Made by a program: the position numbers and the translations under genes. A stretch of 43,867 bases of DNA from an uncultured Methanosarcinaceae archaeon (GTDB taxonomy: Archaea > Halobacteriota > Methanosarcinia > Methanosarcinales > Methanosarcinaceae): assembly GCA_963727895.1 (NCBI GenBank), contig CAVSHT010000017.1, positions 1-43,867 of the forward strand, read 5' to 3'. The notes below the pieces were generated by a model. The model ran no database searches, was not told the DNA's origin, and was given only the letters and a program-made list of their open reading frames with translations. Shown here piece after piece: positions 43,504 to 43,867 of this stretch. Numbering within the stretch: the first letter of the stretch is position 1; the number at the start of each line of letters is the position of its first letter.

Positions 43504-43867
43504 CATTGGTCATCGGTTAAGGAACTCTTTCCGTCTTATGCAATCGTTTCTCCTATTTATGCCCAATCCATTATTCAAACCATGGAGTTCTAAACCTTTT
43601 TTTATTGACGTGTGGATCTAAACCTTGACTTATATAAACATGCATCAAAGTTTCGAAAATTCTGTTTCCGTCACAACATTTTAGCAGTAGTTTTAATAAA
43701 TCCAATGCGTTACTTGCAAATATTTTGCTCCATCGCAACTGTGTATATCGCACCTTCTTTTCAGGATCAATTAGTGAATTTCTTACAAAAGAATAAATTC
43801 TTTTGCTAACGATTAATGTTAATATTGACATCCATATAAAGGCTTTAATTATCTGCACATTTTCTGT
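43504..43867 (-). mobile_element. IS4-family (ISH8-like) element: right end and transposase C-terminus (43571 to >43867)
   Basis: TIR CATTGGTCATCGGTTAAG; translation AFIWMSILTLIVSKRIY..RYTQLRWS..DPHVN..WFE. Confidence 0.88.

Overview
AT-rich archaeal chromosomal window. Gene families, GGAGGT/GGTGA ribosome-binding sites and IS ends point to Methanosarcina or a close relative (inference). It has three zones. (1) 1-16 kb: an ABC exporter/COG1361 operon divergent from marR-MATE, then IS630 and IS6 elements, a hydrolase, an aminotransferase and decayed genes (methyltransferase split by a MITE with a perfect 10-bp TSD, phzF-like, PAS histidine kinase). (2) 16-26.7 kb: a MITE-dense island with three secreted low-complexity repeat proteins that share one signal-peptide type, two small Cys-rich proteins, a DUF1259-like protein and a P-type ATPase. 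(3) About 26.7-43.5 kb: an apparently integrated, decaying plasmid-like element. It has a helically phased GTGTAA array next to an RHH/coiled-coil/KKKWWKFW protein, an EEP nuclease, and a type I R-M locus (hsdM intact, hsdS deleted, hsdR broken). The locus embeds a Schlafen/AlbA_2 protein, a HEPN-motif TIGR02391 protein, an Hsp20 and a ~101-nt tRNA-like RNA. Further on are iteron-like repeats, small regulators and a helicase-like/primase fusion interrupted by an in-frame TAG. An IS4 element begins at the right edge. No CRISPR array, rRNA, canonical tRNA or integrase is visible. All family assignments come from motif recognition by eye, not from database searches.
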